Source: Candidatus Bathyarchaeota archaeon (lineage in GTDB: Archaea; Thermoproteota; Bathyarchaeia; Bathyarchaeales; Bathycorpusculaceae). From it: a stretch of DNA of 64,000 nucleotides. Location: assembly GCA_963775685.1 (NCBI GenBank), contig CAVZJV010000014.1:1440001-1504000 (forward strand), given 5' to 3'. Below are positions 40,016-49,670 of the stretch, one piece after another. A model generated the notes under the pieces. It was not told where the DNA came from. It was given only the letters and a program-made list of their open reading frames with translations, and ran no database searches. The first letter of the stretch is position 1, and the number at the start of each line of letters is the position of its first letter. The position numbers and the translations under genes are program-made.

Positions 40016-41929
40016 TTGAGCAAAACTGTTGCTGAAAAAGTCATTAGCCGACACTTAACCAGTGGACAGCTAACTGCTTGCGAAGAAATCGCATTGAAAA
40101 TAGACCATACGCTAACTCAGGATTCTACAGGCACACTAGCTTACCTTGAGTTCGAAGCCATGGGCATCTCCAAAGTCAAAACAGAACTGAGCCTGAGCTT
40201 TGTTGACCACAACATGCTTCAAAACGATTTCCGCAACGCCGATGACCACCGCTATCTGCAAGGAGTAGCAGCAAAATATGGCATCGTCTTCTCGCGTCCC
40301 GGCAACGGGATTTGCCACCAACTCTACCTTGAACGCTTCGCGAAACCAGGAGCCACACTTTTAGGCAGCGACAGCCACACACCCACGGCAGGAGGCATGG
40401 GTGAAATCGCCATTGGAGCTGGAGGTTTAGATGTGGCCGCAGCGATGGCTGGTGAACCCTTTTATCTAGAAATGCCAAGCATTCTCGGAGTAAAATTAAC
40501 TGGAAAACTCTTGCCGTTTGTCTCCGCAAAAGACGTCGTACTTCAAATCCTTAAACAATTAACCGTCAAAGGCGGCGTAAACAAAATCATAGAATACTTC
40601 GGTTCAGGCGTCAAAACCCTTAGCGTACCTGAGCGGGGCACCATAACCAACATGGGCACCGAAACAGGTGCCACGACATCCATCTTCCCTTCTGACCAAA
40701 CAACAAAGGCTTTTCTGAGAGGCCAAGGACGGGAAGAACAATGGAGCGAGTTAAAAGCAGATGAAGACTCCGAATACGCTGAAACTATCGAAATCGACTT
40801 GGCAAAAGTTGAACCTCAAATAGCGTTGCCTCATAGCCCAGACAACGTAAAAGCTGTCAGCGACCTTGAGGGCACCCCAGTTGACCAAGTCTGCATCGGC
40901 AGCTGTACTAACTCTTCATTGCGAGACCTCAAAATCGTCTCCGCCCTTTTGAGAGGCAAAAAAATCAGTGAAAACACAAGCCTCACTGTCTCCGCGGGAT
41001 CTAGGCAAGCCATGCAAAACTTAGCCGTTTCAGGCGAGCTTGAACCCCTAATTGCGTCGGGCGCCAGAATTCTGGAGAATACCTGTGGTCCCTGCATTGG
41101 CATAGGGCAGGCCCCTACATCGGAGGGTGTGTCACTTCGTACGTTTAACCGAAACTTCAAGGGACGCAGCGGAACCCAAGATGCAAAAGTCTATTTAGTT
41201 AGCCCGGAAACAGCGGTTGCAGCAGCACTCACCGGCAAGATAACAGACCCACGCAAACTCGGCAAGTTCCCGCCGATAGTGATGCCTGAGAAGTTTGTAC
41301 TAAGCGACGCCATGTTCATTTACCCCAGTGAAAAACCAGCAGCTAAAGTTATTATGGGACCAAACATCAAACCCTTGCCAACCTTCAAGCCTACATCCGA
41401 CAACTTAACCGGTGATGTCCTACTCAAGACAGGTGATAACATTACAACTGATGACATCTTGCCCGGCGGCTCCGAAATCATGTCACTGCGCAGCAACATT
41501 CCAGAAATAAGCAAGTACACCTTTGTCCACGTCGACAAAACCTTCGCAAATCGAGCTATGGAGAGGAGTGGTGGATTTATCGTTGGCGGCGAAAACTATG
41601 GACAAGGCTCTTCACGAGAACACGCAGCATTGGCACCGAAATACCTAGGCGTCAAAGCCATCATCGCCAAGTCTTTTGCCAGGATACACATGGCTAACCT
41701 TGTTAACTTTGGCATATTACCCTTAACATTTTCAAACAAACAAGACTACGATGGCATAGCTCAGGGCGATAAACTGGCCGTGAATATTAAAGAGTTAAAA
41801 GAACGCTTGCAGGTTAAAAATTTGACAAAGGGCAACGCCTTCGAGGTTGCTTTGAACCTTAGCGACTTGGAGAAGAGCATGGTTAAAGCAGGCGGAAAAT
41901 TGGCTGCTATAAAAGCAAAACAAAAATAA
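40016..41929 (+). CDS. acn: aconitate hydratase
   Basis: DHN, GICHQ, GSDSHT, IGSCTN, CGPCIG, NRNF.GR, NYGQGSSREHAA. Confidence 0.93.
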   Translation: MSKTVAEKVISRHLTSGQLTACEEIALKIDHTLTQDSTGTLAYLEFEAMGISKVKTELSLSFVDHNMLQNDFRNADDHRYLQGVAAKYGIVFSRPGNGICHQLYLERFAKPGATLLGSDSHTPTAGGMGEIAIGAGGLDVAAAMAGEPFYLEMPSILGVKLTGKLLPFVSAKDVVLQILKQLTVKGGVNKIIEYFGSGVKTLSVPERGTITNMGTETGATTSIFPSDQTTKAFLRGQGREEQWSELKADEDSEYAETIEIDLAKVEPQIALPHSPDNVKAVSDLEGTPVDQVCIGSCTNSSLRDLKIVSALLRGKKISENTSLTVSAGSRQAMQNLAVSGELEPLIASGARILENTCGPCIGIGQAPTSEGVSLRTFNRNFKGRSGTQDAKVYLVSPETAVAAALTGKITDPRKLGKFPPIVMPEKFVLSDAMFIYPSEKPAAKVIMGPNIKPLPTFKPTSDNLTGDVLLKTGDNITTDDILPGGSEIMSLRSNIPEISKYTFVHVDKTFANRAMERSGGFIVGGENYGQGSSREHAALAPKYLGVKAIIAKSFARIHMANLVNFGILPLTFSNKQDYDGIAQGDKLAVNIKELKERLQVKNLTKGNAFEVALNLSDLEKSMVKAGGKLAAIKAKQK

Positions 41930-41970
41930 ATTCTATTTTCTGTCTAAATCCCCAAAATTGAAAGATAATC

Positions 41971-42678
41971 TTAGACAGCCCAAACCGAGCAGCTGACAAG
42001 TCGCCAAGTTATGGCTTCAGTCTTTAACGGATTATTAAAGGCTGTGACGTTGTTTAGCGTATCGAGCATTCCTGTTTGTTTATCGAAATAAACGCCAGTA
42101 TAGTCATCACGAAGCGTACTATGTGTCGGGTCGTTGACATCAAAGAACTGGTTTTCTATGAACCAGAAGTTCATTTGTCTTGTGCTACCAGCATAGGTTT
42201 TTGTGTCAGTTGCATTGACAGTTAACCTGTCATCGGTTGGGCGAATCCTATCACCTACGTTTAGGTTAGCTGAGTAAATAGCCCAAAAGCCATTAGGGAC
42301 GCTTTCTTGTCCAGTTGTCAAATCAATCGTTTGTTGGCCAGCCACTTCTGTCCCATTCAAGAACCGCCACACTGTACTTAGCGAAACATTTGTCCCTGTA
42401 ATCTCTGTTACAGTTACTTTGTAGTAGTCTGTTTGGTTATATTGCTCAAAACCAGGGGTAACTGTAGCATCTGGACTGTCAAACGACACTGATCCAGTTA
42501 TGCTGTAGGTGAAGTTATCTCCAACATGTACACCCACCGTCGCCATTGGACCGCGTGGCCAAGCTGCATATGCTACTGCTGCAACTGAAACAGATAATAC
42601 AATTATTAGGAGTAGGGCAATGTATAGTTTCCTTTTGGAGCGTTTCCTTTGAATAGCCATAGCTCTAACATTGCCCAA
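41971..42678 (-). CDS. membrane-anchored hypothetical protein
   Basis: basic N-terminus plus TM anchor, beta-rich extracellular domain. Confidence 0.7.
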   Translation of the reverse strand: MGNVRAMAIQRKRSKRKLYIALLLIIVLSVSVAAVAYAAWPRGPMATVGVHVGDNFTYSITGSVSFDSPDATVTPGFEQYNQTDYYKVTVTEITGTNVSLSTVWRFLNGTEVAGQQTIDLTTGQESVPNGFWAIYSANLNVGDRIRPTDDRLTVNATDTKTYAGSTRQMNFWFIENQFFDVNDPTHSTLRDDYTGVYFDKQTGMLDTLNNVTAFNNPLKTEAITWRLVSCSVWAV

Positions 42679-42770
42679 ATCGGGTATTTAGTTGTTTTCC
42701 CAAAACCCTATAAAAAATAAGGAGGACCTTTAAAGATGAAACTCCTTGCCAAAGTCAATGTTAGGATTAT

Positions 42771-43148
42771 TTAAGAGAATTTTATGTTACTTTGACCTTC
42801 AAAGCCGGATTCGGGGGTTGGTTTTTTGAGGCTTTCGGGGGCTTGCTTTTTGTTTAGGCGAATCAGAAGTTTATGATTTTTCTTGACCAAAACCAAATTG
42901 GTTTCTTCAATGTTATCGACAATGACCTCTCCATTGTATTTCATGCGGCTCTCGTAACCCAATTCTTTTAATTCATTCATCAAAAGTTCGCGTGATTTTC
43001 TCAAATCTTCGCTCGAGGTTTCTGGACCTCTCCCAAAGCAGAAAATCAAAACCTTCTTCTGCGAGTCATAATGTGCCTTAGTTCCTTTGCCAATGTTTTC
43101 CACATGGCCCCATTCTATTTTTCCGGTGGGATTCACCAAAATTTGCAC
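42771..43148 (-). CDS. hypothetical protein
   Basis: 125 aa ORF starting 3 bp after the eif2a stop. Confidence 0.6.
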   Translation of the reverse strand: MQILVNPTGKIEWGHVENIGKGTKAHYDSQKKVLIFCFGRGPETSSEDLRKSRELLMNELKELGYESRMKYNGEVIVDNIEETNLVLVKKNHKLLIRLNKKQAPESLKKPTPESGFEGQSNIKFS

Positions 43149-43151
43149 CTT

Positions 43152-43940
43152 CTATTTTTCCCGCTTAAACGTACCATGACCGCCTGCTTTGGTAATGTTT
43201 TTGACAACGCTTTCGCTAACCTTATCAAGCACTTCTTCGGCACGTTTCCAGTTGTCAGCTGACACTTCGACGCTGTATTTTGGGGCAGCGATTACGGCGA
43301 ATTCGACTTTGGCATCTTTTGCTTCTTGGGTTTTCTTGGCGTTGGTAAATGCTTGCTGGATACACCTTACACCGTTGGGTTCCATGCAACGAACTTCAAT
43401 GACGCCTTTGACTTTAACGGTCTTGATTTTTATGCGTTCCTCTGCAACCTGGGCGATGACCTTGACGAGGTTTTCAGGAATGGCAAGTTTGGTTAAGATA
43501 TCTGCGCCTTCTTTGACCACTTTTTCAAAGCCGTCGTACAAACCGAATTTTTCTTCAAGAATTACTCCGGCTTGTTGGTAGACTTCATGTATGGATAACC
43601 CTGTTTTTTCTGCAACTGCATGGAGAAGTGCGTCGCCTTTGCGGTCTTTTTTCCATGATTTGATTTTTTCGATTCGTTCACGTTTAGTTACGCGTCTTAA
43701 TGATAGGTCAATGTGTCCTTTTTCAACGTCCACGCGAAGAACTTTAAGGACCATTTTTTGGTTTTCACGAACAAAGTCACGGACGTTTCTTATGCGGGCG
43801 CTGGAGATTTCAGAAATATGGAGAAAGCCCCGTCGGCTATACTCATCCAGGTTAGCGTATGCTCCGTAGTCCATTACGCTTTCTATCGTGGCGATTACGA
43901 GGTCGCCCGATTCTGGCCATTCAGGTTTATGTTCAGACAT
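43152..43940 (-). CDS. eif2a: translation initiation factor 2 alpha subunit
   Basis: PE.GDLVIAT...YGAY..LDEY..GFLHISEIS, KVLRVD..KGHIDLSLRRV, APKY. Confidence 0.97.
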   Translation of the reverse strand: MSEHKPEWPESGDLVIATIESVMDYGAYANLDEYSRRGFLHISEISSARIRNVRDFVRENQKMVLKVLRVDVEKGHIDLSLRRVTKRERIEKIKSWKKDRKGDALLHAVAEKTGLSIHEVYQQAGVILEEKFGLYDGFEKVVKEGADILTKLAIPENLVKVIAQVAEERIKIKTVKVKGVIEVRCMEPNGVRCIQQAFTNAKKTQEAKDAKVEFAVIAAPKYSVEVSADNWKRAEEVLDKVSESVVKNITKAGGHGTFKREK

Positions 43941-44653
43941 TATTTACAGCCTACTAAAGGAAGACCTATCTTTATTTTGACTGGTTTGTATTCTATGTTA
44001 AAGATAAGTTTTTCTACTAAAAGAAACGACATTTGGAACACTTTAACGTTTTGATTACGACGCTTCAAGAAAAACATAGGCACCATAATAAAGCAAGTGA
44101 GTGCATGTTTTCTCTAAGTAAGTGTCTTTTCGTTCACACTTCCACGCGCAGGCGCCTCGTATACTCTTTGAAGGAAAAATACAATTTTATTTTTCAACAC
44201 TTACTCTAAATCAATCGGGTAGACTAAGAACCAACAAACTAAGAAAAGATAGATCTTTCCCATCGGAAAGGAGACGAGCGCAACGCCTATTGGTATAGCT
44301 AAGATAAGTTTGTTTTAGCCATTCTTTGAGTATATTATTTCAAGCCTTCGCTTTCTCAGGTTAATTTTCACCCCAAGTTGAGCAGCCGTTCTTTAGTTAT
44401 TAAGAAGCGTTGTTCCAAGGCGAGACAGCTAATATCTCAGAAGTAGCTAAGTAAGAAAAGCGATTTGCGATTTAGTAGAATCAAGTTTTGCGTATTCTAC
44501 AGAATTTGAGGGTGCTAAAATCTTTAGAAAACGTAATTTTTAGCAAAAGCGTCACCCTAACTGACCCTTATACGTATTGCTTATAATGATGGAGGGATTC
44601 GCACCCTTTACAAGTGAAGACTTTGGTCTAAAGCATACTTTGAGAATTGACTA

Positions 44654-45784
44654 TTACATTTTTTTAAAGTCTTCTAATGCTTTCTTCAAATCCATTGCCG
44701 CATTAAAAGATAGATCATCACGGTCATATTCAATTCTTTTTAAACCCTTAAGATTTGAGGGTAGTTCTACTTTTCTTTCAACCAGCAAAACAACTTGCGT
44801 GTTATATTTTAGATAAGCCGCATTAATTTCTGAGGTCACATTTGAATTAAGGAGGTAGAGTCCGCTATACCTTCTTTCTTGTTCAGCAGCAGCGATGTTT
44901 ATTATTGCACAATCACAGTCCCTCATTAACCCAAACGTATTATCCGAGATTGGTACAGTTGTTTCTTCTTTGTCACCAACAGCATAGTCATAATGAAGAA
45001 ACTCTAGCATTTTTTTCACTTGGTCAGCTACCTTAGTGTTGCTATTTGATATGAAAACTCGGGGTTTTAGGCCTTCTTTTTGGGGTATACTGGGCATTTT
45101 TTCCATTTTTTCAGATGGTCTTGTTTCCGTCAATAGGTCTTCTGCCATACTTCCTCTAAGTGGAGCTTCAAAAGTCACCGGCGAACGAGCTAAACTTTCG
45201 ATCCTGTTCGAGTAGCGTTTATTCAATAGTTCATTTATAGGTAACAATTGAAGCTCAATGCCATTATCCATGGCTGTTATTTTTCCTTCAATGGTATCTT
45301 TATCAAAACTTAATGCTACAATTGTGCCCTTTTGTGCTCTTCCCTTTACTAGTACTTTGACAAAGTCTTGCACCTCAGCCAAGCCGGCATGATCGGATTG
45401 TATAATCAAAAGCGGTTGACCCCCGGCGGTAAACCCATTCACGCCCAAAGATGGGTCACCTGATTTGCCATTGAATCGTTTAATAACCCACTCTTCGAAG
45501 TTACGGGATGAAAATTTTCGCAGGCTTTTTTCATTGACTTTTCTCTTCTTAACGAAAACGAATGCAGACACAACTCCAACAACAGTTATCGCCGCTATGA
45601 TTCCACCAATGAGTAATAAATCAGGGGCGCTTCCTTGGTCTGCTGTTTCTGTTGGCGATGGCTGTAACGTAGACTTTGGTGTTGCTTTCGGTGTTACTGT
45701 TTGACAGTGTGCTATTTGGGAAATGACTATTGCTGAAAAAAGGAAAAAAGCAATAAAAATAACTGAGATTATTTTTTTATTCAT
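44654..45784 (-). CDS. signal peptide/TM-anchored protein with restriction-endonuclease-like and C-terminal TIR-like domains
   Basis: signal peptide, PT linker, TM; FEEWV Mrr-like start; PRVFISNS...CDCAII...NVTSEI...LPSNLKGL.RIEY TIR-like domain. Confidence 0.65.
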   Translation of the reverse strand: MNKKIISVIFIAFFLFSAIVISQIAHCQTVTPKATPKSTLQPSPTETADQGSAPDLLLIGGIIAAITVVGVVSAFVFVKKRKVNEKSLRKFSSRNFEEWVIKRFNGKSGDPSLGVNGFTAGGQPLLIIQSDHAGLAEVQDFVKVLVKGRAQKGTIVALSFDKDTIEGKITAMDNGIELQLLPINELLNKRYSNRIESLARSPVTFEAPLRGSMAEDLLTETRPSEKMEKMPSIPQKEGLKPRVFISNSNTKVADQVKKMLEFLHYDYAVGDKEETTVPISDNTFGLMRDCDCAIINIAAAEQERRYSGLYLLNSNVTSEINAAYLKYNTQVVLLVERKVELPSNLKGLKRIEYDRDDLSFNAAMDLKKALEDFKKM

Positions 45785-46069
45785 GTTTTAACATCCCTTG
45801 GCATGGCTAATGGCTATCTTCCGATCATAGGTAAATGCCTACGGTGAATAGGAAGTTATTGTATCATTGTCTTAAATAATTTGGGTAGGAATTTTTTGCC
45901 TCAATTTTTCATTGACCTTTTTCGTGTATAGGCAATAAATTCTGAAAGGTTAATGCAATATTTACAAAAGAAAGCCCTCTCTTAGGAGCATACCACCATA
46001 TCGAATAATTGAAAAAAGCAGAAAGCAACAAACTTTTAATCCAAGTCAAACCAATAAAAGCCGAAGCAA

Positions 46070-46291
46070 GTGGATAAAATGGACAGAAAATTAAAAACTA
46101 TACCCGAACCTCAAAAGGGAACCAAAACAGTTTTTGCATCAAAAACGTTGCCAGTAATAAAAAGCAAGGGAGGCAATACTGCCTATTTATGTGGCAATTG
46201 TGGAGCAAAAATAGGCCAAACAATAATCGAGGGAAAATTCAAGAATGTTGTGTTAAAGTGTCCAACATGCAATCTCTACAACGAAGTGTAG
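46070..46291 (+). CDS. zinc-ribbon protein
   Basis: CGNC...CPTC. Confidence 0.7.
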   Translation: MDKMDRKLKTIPEPQKGTKTVFASKTLPVIKSKGGNTAYLCGNCGAKIGQTIIEGKFKNVVLKCPTCNLYNEV

Positions 46292-46596
46292 TTTAGGTCA
46301 CTGCAGAGACTAAATAGAGGCACCGAAAGGATTCCGTTATCGTTACGTCTTTATTGTTCCAACTTTTTGCTGGAATAAGGACGTGGGTATCTATTTTTTA
46401 TTCGTTGTTATTGCTAAGGCGTATTTACTCTGATTTGGTTTTATAATTTGTTTTTTTGTGGCTGTATTTTTATTTTGCGTTTTGTTAGTTCCAACTATTG
46501 TGGGACGCAGTTGCAGCAGCAACAACTGTATTTGCTGCTTCTCCAAAAATAGTTTCTGTTTATCGGTTGCTGTCTTGTCTCAAAAAATGTTTAGAT

Positions 46597-46622
46597 TGGC
46601 GCCCTGGGTTGGGATTTGAGTC
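46597..46622 (-). repeat. tRNA 3'-end remnant (att-like)
   Basis: minus strand reads CTCAAATCCCAACCCAGGGCGCCA: T-loop, acceptor strand, G discriminator, CCA. Confidence 0.65.
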
Positions 46623-47011
46623 ACTAGTTCTCAAAAGATAACTTTGTTATAGCTCTGATTTTTGTTTTTGTGGGGTGAGACGCGCCGGAAGTTCCTCATC
46701 CTATGATTGGTTGTGAGGGTGGCTTCTTTTTTGGTTTAGGCCGTTTTTCTGGTTGTGTTGGGATGGGGGGAGCGATTTTTTTGCTGGAAAGCTATGTTGG
46801 ATAGGTGGGATGAGGATGGGGTTGTATGTTTGGTTTCTATTTTGAGGGTTGTATGAGTTGTGTGTTGGGGTGGGGTTGTATTTGGTGCGTTGTTGTGGTT
46901 TTGAATTTGTCACCGAGTTTGTGGACACTAAAATCTTTATAAAACGCAAGCTTTAGAACAAAAACCAAAGGATCCCCGCGGCGGGACTCTACAGTTTTGT
47001 TTTATATAGTA

Positions 47012-47073
47012 GGGCACAAGGTGAGATTTGAACCCTTTATCCTGTAAAGATGTCGCTTGCATTTCCTTTTTTT
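47012..47073 (+). repeat. tRNA-end scar repeat, degenerate
   Basis: gagatttgaaccc-N8-gtaaagatgtcgc-ttgcatttcc-ttttttt; same spacing as the other copies. Confidence 0.65.
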
Positions 47074-47197
47074 AAACGGTTTGGCGCTTCAGTTTTTAAA
47101 TAAGGGCATGAATGCGATTTAGTTAGCAAATTTCAATCTGATTCGTTTAGATATAATATAATTTTTTTTCAATTCAATTAGCATTTTTAATACCAAT

Positions 47198-47440
47198 TTA
47201 AGTGCAGAATCGTAGCCATCCACAGTATTCTTTGCTTGAGTCTTTATCCGCATAAGTTCGCACCACAATTTCTTTTCCAATACCTTCATCAGTAAACTGA
47301 ATTGAACCTTCCTTAAGCCATATCAAAGCATCCACATACCCATGCTCCGAGTCTGAAAGCTCATCTACCATAGATGATTCTGCCTTCTGCCTGATCATTT
47401 CCTCAATCTTTTCTTTTAACACGCTCTCAACCTTGCCCAA
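47198..47440 (-). CDS. hypothetical protein
   Basis: 80 aa, GGTGAG upstream; lies between two scar repeats. Confidence 0.55.
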   Translation of the reverse strand: MGKVESVLKEKIEEMIRQKAESSMVDELSDSEHGYVDALIWLKEGSIQFTDEGIGKEIVVRTYADKDSSKEYCGWLRFCT

Positions 47441-47949
47441 TTCTTCTCACCAATCCGATTACTTATTTGTCATAGAGTTAAATAGCTGTCGGCTAAACAA
47501 CCGCGCTCCATTAAACCCTAAATAAAAAGACGCTTGTTAGCATCTTGCTCTTTTCTGTCAGTTTCAGCAAACTGTGAAAAGCGCTAACTGGCTTGAGAGA
47601 GTTCTATATTTCCTTTGTATTGAATTTAAGCGTTTAAGAAAGCTAACCATGTGATTCGTACAAGAGGTTTTAACAAGGTATTCGTTTAGATTTTGGTTTA
47701 AATTCTTTTTAGAAATCAAAAAAAATCTGGTCAAATTCTAAGCTTGCTTCTTTTTCAGAAACCCGAACAATGAAGCATTTGTTATTTGCATAGTGTAGTT
47801 TGCCTTTTCTAAGTGGGCGTTATGTGCGTTCTTAACATTTACAATATCAAACACACTTGTTCTTTGAATAGAGACAGATTTCAGCAGTCACCACCATCTA
47901 CAATCACCTAACTTGAATCACCAGTTTTTTACTTATAAAAATGCAGGAT

Positions 47950-48004
47950 TGGGATTCAAACCCTTCTGTAAAGGAAGAAATCACCCACGTCAACCCCATT
48001 TTTT
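47950..48004 (+). repeat. tRNA-end scar repeat
   Basis: gggattcaaaccc-N8-aggaagaaatcacccacgtcaaccccatttttt. Confidence 0.7.
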
Positions 48005-48008
48005 AAAA

Positions 48009-49376
48009 CTAGACGAAAAAATAGCAAGGAAATGAAAAAATGTTAGAAGAAAAAATAGCAAAGCGCACCTTATGTGTTGATTCTCTTGATGAAGGAGCTT
48101 TCGATTTCAACCTTTTGAATATTAGGATAATCACCAACAAAACAACGACAATAACAAGTGCCACCACTATAATGATTGGTAGGTAGGCCGAAGAGTTAGA
48201 ATTGACTGGATTTGCGAATGCATAAACATTGCGAGCACCCGAGCCAATATAGACTACGCCGTTAGCAACGACAGGAGATGATTGAACTGCATGGTTGCGG
48301 TCGCTAATTGTGTAATTCCATAGTATGTCACCGCTTATAGCGTTTAAGACGTAAAGGTTGTCATCATTAGAAGCAATATACACAACTCCATTTGCAGCAG
48401 CAGGAGATGTCACTCCATTTACTGCACCAGGGGAGGTCTCGCTCAAGTTACCCAAAGATTGATTCCAAATTTTTTCACCATTATTAGTATTCAAAGCATA
48501 AACGCTGCCATCACCACTTGAGCCAACATATAAAACATCATCCAAAACAGCAGTAGGTTTCAAAAAAGAACCTAGACCAGTTTGTTTAAACAAACTGTTG
48601 CTCCATAACAATGATCCATTAACAGAGCTCAATGCGGAAACATTAGAACCAACACCTATGTACAACGTCTCGTCAACGAGGGTAGGAAACGCTGCAGAAT
48701 TGTTAGTGCTATAATCCCAAAGATTTTTGCCATTAGTTGCATTTAAGGCATAAACATCGCTATTAAATGTAAATATGGGAATAAAAACACTAGAAACTGC
48801 GAATACTACCCCATCTTGAACAATGGGCGACCCCACTCCACCTATAATATGGTGCTTCCAAACCTCTTCACCAGTTGACCCATTCAAAGCAACAAGGTTA
48901 CCGTCACTTAGGCATATATACACAATTCCATCAGCAACCGCTGGAGAAGAACTAACCGCGTCCCCAGCAGGATAGCTCCAAAGTTTAGCCCCGTTTGTAG
49001 CGTTGAAAGCATAAACATTACCATCAAAAGAACCTACATATACTACACCGCTGGCGACAGCTGGTGAAGAGCCTCTAACAGGAATAGAGTAGTTCCACAA
49101 CTTGTCTCCGTTTGCAGCGTTGAGAGCATAGAGGTTACCAGCATAGCTCACCTGGGTTCCCTTATAGATTACGTCTTCACATCCTACGTAGAGCACACCA
49201 TTGTCGATAGTTGGAGATGACCACACCCCATTGCTAGTTGCATATTTCCAAAGCAATGTAGCGCTAGGAGACAAACTATTATTCGCACCATTTGTCGCAG
49301 AAACTGGTTTAGAGATAATTAGGCTAGGCAAAGTCAGGGACATCGTAATAAGTAAGAACGCTAAGATTTTTCTCAT
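48009..49376 (-). CDS. PQQ-like beta-propeller surface protein
   Basis: repeated SSPAVA.GVVYVGS.DG.VYA.NA.NG..LW blades; signal peptide from ATG 49376 (MRKILAFLL); C-terminal TM. Confidence 0.9.
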   Translation of the reverse strand: MRKILAFLLITMSLTLPSLIISKPVSATNGANNSLSPSATLLWKYATSNGVWSSPTIDNGVLYVGCEDVIYKGTQVSYAGNLYALNAANGDKLWNYSIPVRGSSPAVASGVVYVGSFDGNVYAFNATNGAKLWSYPAGDAVSSSPAVADGIVYICLSDGNLVALNGSTGEEVWKHHIIGGVGSPIVQDGVVFAVSSVFIPIFTFNSDVYALNATNGKNLWDYSTNNSAAFPTLVDETLYIGVGSNVSALSSVNGSLLWSNSLFKQTGLGSFLKPTAVLDDVLYVGSSGDGSVYALNTNNGEKIWNQSLGNLSETSPGAVNGVTSPAAANGVVYIASNDDNLYVLNAISGDILWNYTISDRNHAVQSSPVVANGVVYIGSGARNVYAFANPVNSNSSAYLPIIIVVALVIVVVLLVIILIFKRLKSKAPSSRESTHKVRFAIFSSNIFSFPCYFFV

Positions 49377-49411
49377 AGTTACGTTTGGAATGATATAGAA
49401 TAAAAGTCTAT

Positions 49412-49530
49412 TCGTAAAACTTTCTTGACTAAATTCTGGAGAGCGATGCCGTGACTTAGTCAAACTTTCTTGACTGATAAAAGTGTTGGATTCACCACAT
49501 CACTGGAAAATGCCAAAGTTCCTTGACTTG
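49412..49530 (-). promoter_or_regulatory. three copies of the palindromic GTCAAG-N4-CTTGAC-type site upstream of the TATA box
   Basis: copies at 49412-49432, 49456-49477 and 49511-49530; TTTTAT box about 25 bp before the ATG. Confidence 0.7.
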
Positions 49531-49646
49531 GCTTGTTTTGATGTTTTATGCAGGATAAAAAAGCTACACCCCCTGGCGGTTTAGGCAGCCGTGGCATCAA
49601 ACCCTCTTTGAATGGAGAAATCACTTTCGCATAACCCCATTTTTTT
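49514..49646 (+). repeat. ~130 bp direct repeat including a tRNA-end scar (copy 1)
   Basis: cttgact..tttgatgttttatgcaggata..ctacaccccctg..gcagccgtggcatcaaaccc..tggaga..atcac; colinear with 51368-51505. Confidence 0.85.
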
Positions 49647-49670
49647 CTTCATTTTGATTTTGGCTTATAG

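Noticed and set aside
46701-46949. 82-aa ORF in a G/T-skewed low-complexity tract
   Set aside because: Compositionally biased, with no motif or RBS; probably non-coding or decayed
46957-47003. Imperfect GC-cored hairpin (gatccccgcggcgggactc) as a possible ncRNA
   Set aside because: Single copy with several mismatches; cannot be told apart from a terminator or chance
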